From a virus, in the IMG/VR virus record IMGVR_UViG_3300045988_133854, positions 1 to 33,614 of that record: a DNA stretch of 33,614 bases, one strand, 5' to 3'. Numbering within the stretch: the first letter of the stretch is position 1; each line of letters begins with the position of its first letter. The notes under the pieces were generated by a model. The model was not told where the DNA came from, made no database searches, and worked only from the letters and a program-made list of their open reading frames with translations. The translations under genes and the position numbers were made by a program. This document shows, one piece after another, positions 1 through 8,474 of the stretch.

Positions 1-141
1 AGGTTCTCCCATTACGGGAGAATCTTATCTTTTCTATATAATCAGAGTCCAGCGAATTCGTCGCGGATGTCAATCGCCTTCTTTGTAGCATAGTTTTGGA
101 TGTTATTCGGTTGTCGTTACGGCGGCGAAGTTCCGCCCCAC
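1..141. repeat. Terminal overlap, copy 1 (identical to 33474-33614)
   Basis: Read directly: 'aggttctcccattacgggag...aagttccgccccac' is present at both window ends. Confidence 0.95.
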
Positions 142-582
142 AATATTCCAGCCGTCGTGATCATACACGACACTGAACTCGTAAAACCTATTGGCCCTGA
201 TCTCCATAATCTTGCCGTTTGGCCACCTCAGGTTGTCTGCCCACTGTACGGTTGGCGCCGTGTCGCCTGTGGCGAACCTCAGGACAGCCTCAAGTGCGAT
301 GTCCTTCCCGGTGGGCGTGGAGGCCGGCGGATTGACCGTCAGGATCCCGAATGTGCCCGTTATGGCTGTGATGGCGTTGAGTTCGAGTGTCACCACGCTC
401 AACGTCGCGCTTTCCTGCACTGTCATTCTTTCGGCCTTGTCGTTTAAAGCGGCTGTCACCACTTTGTTCTGTACGGTGTTGATTGATTCCATCGAGAGTT
501 CGGTGTCTTCGGCGGCTGGATCCCCGGCCCTGTCGAGGAGCGCCTCCACCTGGGCGCCCGTGTATTTGCTGTTGTATTCCAT
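103..582 (-). CDS. Hypothetical virion/tail-distal protein (159 aa)
   Basis: ATG at 582. Tightly packed behind the BACON genes. No recognisable motif. Confidence 0.6.
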   Translation of the reverse strand: MEYNSKYTGAQVEALLDRAGDPAAEDTELSMESINTVQNKVVTAALNDKAERMTVQESATLSVVTLELNAITAITGTFGILTVNPPASTPTGKDIALEAVLRFATGDTAPTVQWADNLRWPNGKIMEIRANRFYEFSVVYDHDGWNIVGRNFAAVTTTE

Positions 583-588
583 GTCGAA

Positions 589-837
589 TTACATTTGATT
601 TGTCTTCAGCACGTTGAACGTGCCGCCGTCCGACAGGATGAAGTCCGTGTCTAAGCCAGCGAACGGCTCCCTCCTTCCGGCCTGAGTGACGGTCAGCGTG
701 GCGGACGGCCCTTCCGCGGCGGCCACCGTGACCTCCGCCGAGCGGTCGCAGCCCTCGTTCGTGTCGGCCTCGATAGAGACGACTCCGAGACCTTTCCCGG
801 ACACCGGGGATATTCTCAGCCAATCAGGTAATGCCAT
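589..837 (-). CDS. BACON-domain protein (82 aa)
   Basis: 'DWLRISPVSGKGLGVVSIEADTNEGCDRSAEVTVAAAEGPSATLTVTQAG' fits the BACON pattern WL.v.P.sG.g....v.v..N....R.a.vtv....l.V.Q.g. Confidence 0.75.
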   Translation of the reverse strand: MALPDWLRISPVSGKGLGVVSIEADTNEGCDRSAEVTVAAAEGPSATLTVTQAGRREPFAGLDTDFILSDGGTFNVLKTNQM

Positions 838-911
838 GACGTTCTGTTCTTAAAAAATTGCGGACGGGCGCGGGGTCAGCCGCGCCGGCCCAAGTGAAAG
901 GGACGGTCCCC

Positions 912-1523
912 TTAGGACACATTCCATGATGTGTTGGAGTTCACGTTGACGACCTGCGCCGGCGTGCCCTCCCAAGGCAGCGTGATGGTCTCCTTGTCCA
1001 GATTGAGGAACGCGTCGCCGCCGGTCTGGTTCAGCACGATCTGCGCGGCCACGGCCTCACCGTTGGACACCTTGACCGTCCTCGCCACCGCGTCCACGGT
1101 GGTGTTCTCCGGCACGGTCACCTCGACCTCGAAGTTGTACTGCGCAGCCGCGCCCGGGTCGCCCTCGATGTTCTCCCCGTTGGCCGCGGACTTTCCCGCC
1201 GCCGTGTAGGAGGCCGCTATCTCCGCGCCGCCCGCCTCGCCCACGAAGGCGAAGCTCAGCGCCTTGGAGTTCGACTTTCCGGCGACCTTGACCTTTCCTC
1301 CCTCTTTGGACACGCTCATCGACGCGCCGTTGTCGAGCTCCACGAACTCCGGCTTCGGCTCCTGGTTTACGGTGTAGGTCTTGCTCCCCGACACCCCGGC
1401 GCCCGTGACCGTCACCGTCCCGGTGCGCAGCACGCGCCCGGTGTGCTCGAGCCCCGTGTTGGTTATCGTCCCGTCACCCGATCCGCTCGTCGGATCCACT
1501 TTTAGCCATGATGGTTTTGCCAT
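912..1523 (-). CDS. BACON-like N-terminal module plus Ig-like beta-rich region (203 aa), probable virion decoration/adhesion protein
   Basis: 'PSWLKVDPTSGSGDG...RTGTVTVTG...YTVNQ' followed by a beta-rich region ending 'VNVNSNTSWNVS'. Confidence 0.75.
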   Translation of the reverse strand: MAKPSWLKVDPTSGSGDGTITNTGLEHTGRVLRTGTVTVTGAGVSGSKTYTVNQEPKPEFVELDNGASMSVSKEGGKVKVAGKSNSKALSFAFVGEAGGAEIAASYTAAGKSAANGENIEGDPGAAAQYNFEVEVTVPENTTVDAVARTVKVSNGEAVAAQIVLNQTGGDAFLNLDKETITLPWEGTPAQVVNVNSNTSWNVS

Positions 1524-1564
1524 AATCTGATATGTTTTTATTGGTTTGACATGAATTCTCTAAG

Positions 1565-1762
1565 TTATCCGACCCTCCACTCCACGTTCGACAGCACGTC
1601 CACGAAGTCTGTCCAGTCCGCCGCCCTCAGCAGCCAGATGACTCCCGGCGACACGTCGAGCCGCGCCCTCTCCGCCACAGGCCACACCTGGGTCTCGCCC
1701 AGCATGACCCTCGACACCGCCCTCTTCCCGAGACGGATGTCTGCGGCCTCGTCAAGTCTCAT
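1565..1762 (-). CDS. Small Ig/BACON-like fragment protein (65 aa)
   Basis: ATG at 1762 overlaps the upstream stop by 11 nt. 'LDVSPGVIWLL...VDVLSNVEWRV' resembles the SN..W.V ends of neighbouring modules. The ORF is short, so the call is uncertain. Confidence 0.45.
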   Translation of the reverse strand: MRLDEAADIRLGKRAVSRVMLGETQVWPVAERARLDVSPGVIWLLRAADWTDFVDVLSNVEWRVG

Positions 1763-2270
1763 CGCCGGCCCCTCCCGTTATCACGTACAGCGTACCGGGA
1801 TCCTTCTTTTCCAGAGCCGCATAGGCGGCCTCGTCAAGTATCACTATCGGAACTCCCCCGAGCGTGATGATCCTCGTCTTCAAATCCACAGTGACGGTTC
1901 TTCCGGCGGCTGACCCCGCGCAACCGACAGCCTCTTCTCCCGATTCCACGACCATTATAATGTCGCTCTCATACAGCCTCGAATTGCCGGAGGAATCCTT
2001 GAATATGATCTCCACGCCGTATGATCCAACGCCGAGTGCCCCAGCCGGGAAGAAGGCGGACACCCTCGAACCCGTGACGGTCGTGTCCCTTCCCGGCACC
2101 TTGCTGAACGTGCCGACAAGCCTCAAGGCCACATCGGTGGCACCGGACAGGTCCAGAGGCTTGTAAACGCCGCTGTCCCTGTCGTAGACCGAGACGAGCG
2201 CCTCGACCGTCAGGTCGTTGCCAGAGACGATCCGGATCTTTCTGTTGTCGTTACAATCGCATTTGCTCAT
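1752..2270 (-). CDS. Hypothetical tail-distal structural protein (172 aa)
   Basis: ATG at 2270. Beta-rich sequence located after the tail fibre gene. Preceded by the triple-repeat intergenic region. Confidence 0.65.
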   Translation of the reverse strand: MSKCDCNDNRKIRIVSGNDLTVEALVSVYDRDSGVYKPLDLSGATDVALRLVGTFSKVPGRDTTVTGSRVSAFFPAGALGVGSYGVEIIFKDSSGNSRLYESDIIMVVESGEEAVGCAGSAAGRTVTVDLKTRIITLGGVPIVILDEAAYAALEKKDPGTLYVITGGAGDET

Positions 2271-2302
2271 ATTTTAATTATTTGTATTATCTTTGTTCCG
2301 GA

Positions 2303-2390
2303 ATCGCGCCCACAGGGTGCTACCCTCCCGTATCGCGCCCAAAGGGTGCTACCGTCCGGCTATCGCGCCCATAGGGTGCTGCGCCGGATG
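2303..2390. repeat. Three tandem ~30-bp repeats, each with the dyad GCGCCC-aNa-GGGTGC
   Basis: 'ATCGCGCCCA[C/A/T]AGGGTGCT' starts at 2303, 2332 and 2362, in the 128-bp gap between the tail fibre gene and the next gene. Confidence 0.9.
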
Positions 2391-2398
2391 ATTTTTTT

Positions 2399-5182
2399 TT
2401 ATCCTGACACGCCGAACCACATGCTGGCCCGTTTCAGCCACAGGCCGGTCGACGGGTCTTTCTTATCCTGCAGCTCGACGGTCAGCGGCGCGACATCCGA
2501 GTATATGTAGCGCGGCACCGCGTTCCCGTCCTTGTCGATCAGCTCCATGGTCGTCGGCGACAGCGGCTTTGCCGGATCGACCAGCGCTGTGAACGACGGG
2601 TTGACATACCTCACCGCTATGCCGAACGTCTTCCTGGCGTCGTGGGCGGAGCTGAAGCCCCTCGATATGTTGCTCTCCGCCGCCCATTGCGCGTAATTCC
2701 TTGCCCACAGCTCCGCCTTCGTGTGGGCGTTGTCCGTCATGAACCTTTTAATGATGAATTCCCTGAGCTCAGAAAGACCCATGTTCACCCCTTCCGCGCC
2801 TTTGGACCCGGCCCTGGTGAAGGCGGCGTGATCCGTGGTTTTCTTGTCGCCGAGCGCGGCGAACCAGCCTTTCCTGGCGAGCCTCACCGGCTTGGTGCTC
2901 GTGCCGTCGTAAAAATAACGCCTCCGCTTGTTCATCCGCCGGTAAACCATCAGCACCGCCTCGTACTTGTCCGACGACAGGGCCGGATGCTCGACAGACA
3001 GGACGTTCCGCTCGATATCTTCCGGTGTGTATCCCCTGACAACCCTGAGGACGGGCCGGACGCGGAGCCTTGCCTGGTTGTCGATGACCTCCGAGGCCTT
3101 CGGAATCCAGAACTTGAAAGCGAACTTCTTAGCCGTGTCCGGTCCCGAGGCCGTGACCTCCGCCGTGGGGTCGCCCCCGGCGATGTAGAAGGCTTCCGCG
3201 GTCGGAGCGGCGAACCCCGCCGCCGCTCCTGGGTCGCCCTTAGGTCCTTGTGGCCCTTGCGGGCCGATCGCTCCCCTGACACCCTGCGGCCCCTGCGGCC
3301 CCGTAGCGCCTACCTCTCCCTGTGGCCCCGTGTCTCCCTTGTCCCCCTTCTCGCCTTTATCGCCCTTGGGGCCAGGCTCTCCCTGCGGCCCCTGTGATCC
3401 AGATGCCGCCCCCGATGTCGACGAGCCGGAAGGAATTCGTTTATCGCTTGTTGTCTTAATTTCCTTGTAAGCCAATGCCGCCGCCGGAAGGCTGATCATC
3501 GAGATGTCGATGTCACCGGTCATCAGGTTGAAGTTATACTCCTCGACAATGTAGTCAAGGTTGTCCGCGGACACATGGGTAGTCCTTACGAATTTCGGCA
3601 GCTGCCACGTTGGCTTTTTGAAGAACATAACTCCCGAAAGCCTCAACCTCGGCAGAGCTACCGATAGGGCGTTATCAATAGCCATAAAGGTGTTGAAGTC
3701 CTGCTCTGTCACTATCGCGTCGGAGATGAACTTCATCTCCCGAATGACATTCTGCCTTCCTGAAGCTATATCGTTTCCGAACTCGAGCGCAACGCCGTCC
3801 GCCTCCGTCCTGGCATCGTTGTCGAGGATGACACGTGTCGAGAGGCCGTCCGGGAAGTCAGCCACTTGCAGCCTGACATCAGCGAGCCAGGCATCCGCCG
3901 TCCAGACGCTTGATCCATCACCCTTCCGCATGCATCTCGCGCTGAAGCTCCCCTGCGACGGGGTGAAACCCGCCGCGCCTACTTTCTGCGGAATGACAAA
4001 ACTGAAGGAATACTCCGCAATCTCGGGAGTCAGCTCCGTATCGTTCGGGTAGTCAGAACCTGGATAGGATGCCGAGTATCCGCCGTTGGTGTCGAAATAT
4101 ATTGCACGTGAAACGGAGCCGTTTTGGCCGGTTATGATCAAGCCCCATTGCAGCAGTGTCTTTCCAACGAAGAACCCCGTGTTGCGAGCCTTGAAGGTCA
4201 GCGTATAACGTCTTCCGGCAGCGAGTGACGTGAACAACACGCCTGCCACGCTGTCTATGCTCTCAGGGGTGCCGGACAGCTGGCTTGGTGGCACTGTCGT
4301 CAGCCTGACCGCCGCGCCGTAGTCAGATTCCTCCCACTTCGGCGTGCCTCCTGTCGTTTGGACATTCGACGAGTTGAATGCCTTTGCAACATTGGCGGCA
4401 TGAATCTCCTCGCTCACCGTCAGCTCCTTCCTTGCCGGAACGATCTCCATCGCCAGGCTTCCGTTGGCGGCGAGATCTGACAGTCCGTCAAGTTTGCCGA
4501 ATGTCAGGAAGCCCACATTGGCGCCGCTTACATCGGTCTCGCGCATGACCACCCAACTCTCGGCTGCGAAGTCAAGATATAAAACAGCATGGAGGGACTC
4601 CAAGACCGAGTTAAGCACGTCATAGCATGTATTTCCGGCGAGGTGGTCGACGTTGACGGTCAGGCTGGGGATGTGCTTTCTGTCACCTTTCATTGAACTT
4701 ATGTATGCCATCTCCGGCTCCGGAGCGCTCGGCACCGATATCCCCGTCCTCTCGAGCAGGCTAATGATCAACAATTCTACCCGGATGTCTCCCGTTGCCT
4801 TAAAAGTCGAGTTCTTCAGCTCTGCGAGGTTGTCCGTCGCCGTAAGCGTCACGTCATACGGCGTGTCCACCCATGGCGAAGAGTAGAGTTCAGGCGTCAC
4901 GAATCCCCGCCACACCTCCGTGCCGGAAAATAGCAGCGAGACGCGGTAGAGTGTCGGGTCGGAGGTGTAGAGTTCGGCGAACTCATCATCCGAAAGGCAC
5001 TCCGCCGACCACGCGAGCGACGATCCGAGGATACATCCGGAGCGCTCGCGCCTCAGCGTAGCCGAGCCGCCAACGGCTCGACGGTAAACCTCTCCGGTAT
5101 AATCCTTCTTCGCCACGGAGATGGTGACCTCCGGGCCGTTGGCCGCGTCAAAGACAAACCTGTATAATTCGCCGTATGCCAT
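2399..5182 (-). CDS. Tail fibre / host-recognition protein with collagen-like triple-helix repeat (927 aa)
   Basis: The only large ORF directly downstream of the tape measure. Contains 20 uninterrupted G-X-Y triplets ('GSQGPQGEPGPKGDKGEKGDKGDTGPQGEVGATGPQGPQGVRGAIGPQGPQGPKGDPGAA'). Confidence 0.85.
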   Translation of the reverse strand: MAYGELYRFVFDAANGPEVTISVAKKDYTGEVYRRAVGGSATLRRERSGCILGSSLAWSAECLSDDEFAELYTSDPTLYRVSLLFSGTEVWRGFVTPELYSSPWVDTPYDVTLTATDNLAELKNSTFKATGDIRVELLIISLLERTGISVPSAPEPEMAYISSMKGDRKHIPSLTVNVDHLAGNTCYDVLNSVLESLHAVLYLDFAAESWVVMRETDVSGANVGFLTFGKLDGLSDLAANGSLAMEIVPARKELTVSEEIHAANVAKAFNSSNVQTTGGTPKWEESDYGAAVRLTTVPPSQLSGTPESIDSVAGVLFTSLAAGRRYTLTFKARNTGFFVGKTLLQWGLIITGQNGSVSRAIYFDTNGGYSASYPGSDYPNDTELTPEIAEYSFSFVIPQKVGAAGFTPSQGSFSARCMRKGDGSSVWTADAWLADVRLQVADFPDGLSTRVILDNDARTEADGVALEFGNDIASGRQNVIREMKFISDAIVTEQDFNTFMAIDNALSVALPRLRLSGVMFFKKPTWQLPKFVRTTHVSADNLDYIVEEYNFNLMTGDIDISMISLPAAALAYKEIKTTSDKRIPSGSSTSGAASGSQGPQGEPGPKGDKGEKGDKGDTGPQGEVGATGPQGPQGVRGAIGPQGPQGPKGDPGAAAGFAAPTAEAFYIAGGDPTAEVTASGPDTAKKFAFKFWIPKASEVIDNQARLRVRPVLRVVRGYTPEDIERNVLSVEHPALSSDKYEAVLMVYRRMNKRRRYFYDGTSTKPVRLARKGWFAALGDKKTTDHAAFTRAGSKGAEGVNMGLSELREFIIKRFMTDNAHTKAELWARNYAQWAAESNISRGFSSAHDARKTFGIAVRYVNPSFTALVDPAKPLSPTTMELIDKDGNAVPRYIYSDVAPLTVELQDKKDPSTGLWLKRASMWFGVSG
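3221..3400 (-). repeat. Collagen-like (G-X-Y)x20 coding repeat inside the tail fibre gene
   Basis: Mapped codon by codon from GGA at 3400 to the GAA triplet ending at 3221. Confidence 0.9.
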
Positions 5183-5185
5183 GAT

Positions 5186-7003
5186 CTAAGTTGTGTATCT
5201 CTTCCTGTTAGCCTCGTTGTTAAGTACTGCGACGAGCTTGGAGCCGTCCGCCTGGAGCGTGCCGGTGACGCGCAGCGTCATCTCCCTCTCCCAGCTCCGG
5301 TCGCCGGAGTTTCCATTGGAATATCCCGAACTTGCCACGGTGCTTGCCACATAAGACGTTCCGGTGGCGCTATTTATCGCCGCCTGTAGACCGGCTTTTG
5401 CCGCAGCGCCTACGGCAATGAGGGCGGCGCCGGCGGCTATCGCCGTGAAAGGGTTTGTCAGCATCGACTTGAACGCCTCAGAAGCCAGACCGGCGGACAC
5501 CATGATCTCGCCCATCTTGATCGCCGCCTCGGCGAGAGGCGAAAGAAGGGCGCTCATCATGCCGGCACCGCTGATCTCGTCAAGACCCGCCACACAGTTC
5601 GCCAGGTACTGGATGGAGTCCGATATGCCGCCAACGATGGCGTCGTTCAGTGCCTTGTTGGCGTCATCCGTGGCCTTGATCATCTCGTCAAGAAAAACGT
5701 AGTATCGCTGAAAGCTGTCCGAGAGCTTTGACGGGTCAATCTTGGAGAGAAGTCCGTCAACGGCGGACGTGTCGAACTGCGTGAGCTGCTGGAGTCCCTT
5801 CAGGGCGGACTCGTCCAGGTTGATCCCGCCAATCAGTCCCTTGCCGTTGTCGGCGCGACCAGTAAGGCTCGCGGACATCGACTTCAGCGGAGCGGCAATG
5901 TTGTCCATGGCCATCTTGTCGCGCATCTCCAGCGCCTTGTCCATCTCGGCGTTGAACTTGGCGATCTCCGTCATCCCGGCCTCGACGGCCTTGTTCACGC
6001 CGTCGCGCCACTTCTGGGCCGTCGCGGCCGCGCTGTTAGCGATCTCGTTTTGCAAGCTGGTCATCTCCCTGAGCCTCTGGTTAAGCTCCCTCGACGTGTC
6101 CTTGATGGCGGCATAGGCATTCCGCTGCCTGTCCATATCCTCGACGGAGCTGCTCGCAAGGTCGTTCTGCGCCTTGATGTTATCGGCGAGCTTTTGCTGC
6201 ATCGCGATCTGTTCGCCGCTGACCTTTTTCTGCAAAGCAATCGCGGCGGCCACGGCCTCCTGCCGCACCTGTGTAGTCTTGGACTTGTCCGAAGCGACAA
6301 GCATCAGCTCGGCCACCTTGGCAAGGTTGTCCTTCCACTGAATAGACTTGTCCTTCATGGCCTCCGTCGTGTCGAAGATCTCCTTTGCATAGACCACGGC
6401 CTTGTTGGCGACCTTGTTGGCCTCTGACGTGGCAGCAACCACCCGTCTTATATTCCGAACGGCATCCGTATCGCTACCATACAGCTTGCCGCTTAGATAA
6501 GCTCCGGCGGCAGTTTTGACAGTGGTCCAAAGTTTTGTCGCCGTGTCCTGCCGCTCCGCAGTCCATTTTCCGACGCCCGAGGCATCACTCACCGTCTGCG
6601 CGAAGGTGCTTTTCCACGCGTCCGACTGCAAGGTTTGCGATGTACCCTCAACCGTCTTGCGATAGCGTTCAGCCTCTTCGTTAAGGACCTTGAACGCGGC
6701 TATCAGTCCTGTAAGAGCGATTCCGGCGATGGCACCGGCGGCCACGCCCGCACCCAGCGCGATCTTCTGAAAGGCCGACTCCCCCTGCGCGGAAAAGCCT
6801 TTCAGAAGTCCAGCCACGTTTTTAAGTTTAGAGCCGACCTCGGTTATGGCCCCGATGGGTATGCCCAATGAGTCCTCCACCTCGGCGGACACCTGTCCGA
6901 CCGTCTTGGAGAACTCCTGCGTTGACTTCCTGGCCGCGGCCATCTCCTTCTTGAATCCGGAGGCGTCCGCGTCAACGCTTACCTTTAGTTTTTTACTTGC
7001 CAT
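5186..7003 (-). CDS. Tail tape measure protein (605 aa)
   Basis: Lies between the chaperone pair and the tail fibre. Long coiled-coil sequence rich in A/K/E/Q plus Gly/Ala-rich hydrophobic segments ('GAGVAAGAIAGIALTGLIAAF', 'AIAAGAALIAVGAAAKAG'). Confidence 0.85.
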   Translation of the reverse strand: MASKKLKVSVDADASGFKKEMAAARKSTQEFSKTVGQVSAEVEDSLGIPIGAITEVGSKLKNVAGLLKGFSAQGESAFQKIALGAGVAAGAIAGIALTGLIAAFKVLNEEAERYRKTVEGTSQTLQSDAWKSTFAQTVSDASGVGKWTAERQDTATKLWTTVKTAAGAYLSGKLYGSDTDAVRNIRRVVAATSEANKVANKAVVYAKEIFDTTEAMKDKSIQWKDNLAKVAELMLVASDKSKTTQVRQEAVAAAIALQKKVSGEQIAMQQKLADNIKAQNDLASSSVEDMDRQRNAYAAIKDTSRELNQRLREMTSLQNEIANSAAATAQKWRDGVNKAVEAGMTEIAKFNAEMDKALEMRDKMAMDNIAAPLKSMSASLTGRADNGKGLIGGINLDESALKGLQQLTQFDTSAVDGLLSKIDPSKLSDSFQRYYVFLDEMIKATDDANKALNDAIVGGISDSIQYLANCVAGLDEISGAGMMSALLSPLAEAAIKMGEIMVSAGLASEAFKSMLTNPFTAIAAGAALIAVGAAAKAGLQAAINSATGTSYVASTVASSGYSNGNSGDRSWEREMTLRVTGTLQADGSKLVAVLNNEANRKRYTT

Positions 7004-7004
7004 C

Positions 7005-7687
7005 TCACCAACCCCGTTTTTTTATCACATCTAATAGCCTGCCGATCGATCGCTCCTTCTGCTCCGGTGACATCTCCGGCGCTTTCGAATCCTTAACATC
7101 CCACGGCATCGGCCAGAACTGCGCAGGATCCTTTATCTGGTCTTTTCTCCGAAGCTGGACATTGAAGAGCCTCAACGCCACTCCCCTCGCCAGCTCCCCA
7201 AGATGCCGGGCGTTAGCCTCCTCCCTGCGGCCATAGGCGCGGACCGCCTCCCAGAACTCACCGACGGGCATGTCGTGGAACTCAGCGCGCGTCATCCCCA
7301 GAAGGCCGAAAGCCCAGCCCCGCACGTCGGCGATTGTGACGCTCGCGCGCGGGACCGTGTCATCTACACTTTTTTTTTGTCGTCCTCCTGCCCTGAGGCT
7401 CCCGGGGACAACTCCCTGAAGATGGTGGCGACCGCCTCGGGCACCTCGACAAGCGAGTCCGGCGAGGCGCCGACATCCTCAGGTGTAACTCTTTCGGAGC
7501 TTCCCTCCTTACGCAGCCCCTCGTTGACACAGGCCGCCACCAATGCCGTGCAGTCGGACGGGGACATCCTGTCGATGTTGATCAGGCCGTCCATGGTGTC
7601 CCTACCCACATAGCCCAGATAGGCCGCCACGGCGTTGAAGTTCGCCGCCGCAGGATAAAACCTGCCGTTAACCTTGACCTCAACCAT
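7005..7687 (-). CDS. Predicted GT-like fusion produced by a programmed -1 frameshift at A_AAA_AAA (7370-7378)
   Basis: Hand translation shows the -1 frame is open from the A9 run (..QKKSVDDTVPRASVTIADV..) straight into ORF 7005..7325. That ORF has only a GTG start and no independent ATG. Confidence 0.6.
7364..7687 (-). CDS. Tail assembly chaperone, G-like (107 aa)
   Basis: Lies between the major tail and tape measure genes. Acidic C-terminus ending in an A9 run ('...EDDKKKV*'). Confidence 0.7.
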   Translation of the reverse strand: MVEVKVNGRFYPAAANFNAVAAYLGYVGRDTMDGLINIDRMSPSDCTALVAACVNEGLRKEGSSERVTPEDVGASPDSLVEVPEAVATIFRELSPGASGQEDDKKKV

Positions 7688-7689
7688 GG

Positions 7690-8097
7690 CTACGATTCTG
7701 GGGTCATCGCTCCCGACACCTTGAAGTTCATCGTCCAGCTCGCGGTGTCCTCGGAATTGGAACTCTCGGTGTAGCCGGTGCAGACACAGTTGCCTGAATA
7801 GGACTTGCCGCCGGCACAGGAATAGACGAACGGAATGACAGCCGCCGAACCGGTCTTCAGAGCCATCTCGATCAAGTCGTCACGTGTCAGCTTTGTTGTC
7901 TCTCCAGTCGTGGCAACCTCAATCATTCCCTGGGCGGCGAAAGTGATCTCCTGCCCGATGACCATTGACTGCTTGTTTCCATGGTCATCCTTTGTGATGC
8001 TCTCCTTTGTGGTCGGGCTGATCGTCAAGTCGTCCTGTGTTCGCCCCGCAAGCGTCTTGTTGTTTAGCTTAAACGCTAAGTTGTAACCTTCTACCAT
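7690..8097 (-). CDS. Major tail protein (TP901-1/phi13-like), start placed at ATG 8097
   Basis: Position and size fit. ATG 8097 follows an AT-rich gap right after the upstream stop at 8115. The longer starts (8157, 8172) would overlap the upstream gene by 43-58 nt. Confidence 0.7.
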   Translation of the reverse strand: MVEGYNLAFKLNNKTLAGRTQDDLTISPTTKESITKDDHGNKQSMVIGQEITFAAQGMIEVATTGETTKLTRDDLIEMALKTGSAAVIPFVYSCAGGKSYSGNCVCTGYTESSNSEDTASWTMNFKVSGAMTPES

Positions 8098-8114
8098 AAT
8101 ATTTAAAAAAAAAT

Positions 8115-8474
8115 CTAATTGTATTGCGTTATCTGGAACCTGACCTCGCTGCGCCATATCCCCTCCACGCAAGTGTCGGAGCGGGACACCGTGAACGTCC
8201 TGAAGGTTCCGTCATTCATCGCTGCCAAAACAGCCTCCTCCACCTTGTCCGCCAGCGGCCTCGTGTCTGAAAAGGTCTTGCCATATACAGTGACCGGAAG
8301 GCTTGAGACAATCTTGTACACGCCATCCTTTGTGCGGAAATACTCCGGCGAATGCTCATAGACGGCATAAGGATAGGCATCTGTTTCCGCCTCATAAAGG
8401 GAGACGGGGACAATGTCCCTCACCGCCGCCACCAAAGCCTTTCCTATCCTGTCCTCAAATCCTGTCAAGATCAT
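8115..8474 (-). CDS. Tail completion/terminator-like protein (DUF3168-like by position, 119 aa)
   Basis: Sits between the gp10-like gene and the major tail gene. The sequence is only loosely reminiscent of the family. Confidence 0.55.
   Translation of the reverse strand: MILTGFEDRIGKALVAAVRDIVPVSLYEAETDAYPYAVYEHSPEYFRTKDGVYKIVSSLPVTVYGKTFSDTRPLADKVEEAVLAAMNDGTFRTFTVSRSDTCVEGIWRSEVRFQITQYN

Noticed and set aside
855-890. GC-rich 7-bp hairpin (GGCGCGG-CTGACC-CCGCGCC on the minus strand) between the two BACON genes, considered as an intrinsic terminator.
   Set aside because: The U-run begins about 10 nt after the stem, so the hairpin is not a canonical terminator. It could equally be an mRNA-stabilising hairpin. 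The evidence is insufficient either way.
8098-8172. Longer starts (TTG 8172, ATG 8157) for the major tail protein.
   Set aside because: They would overlap the upstream gene by 43-58 nt. ATG 8097 follows the upstream stop after an AT-rich spacer and gives an N-terminus typical of major tail proteins. This is not decisive without homologue alignment.
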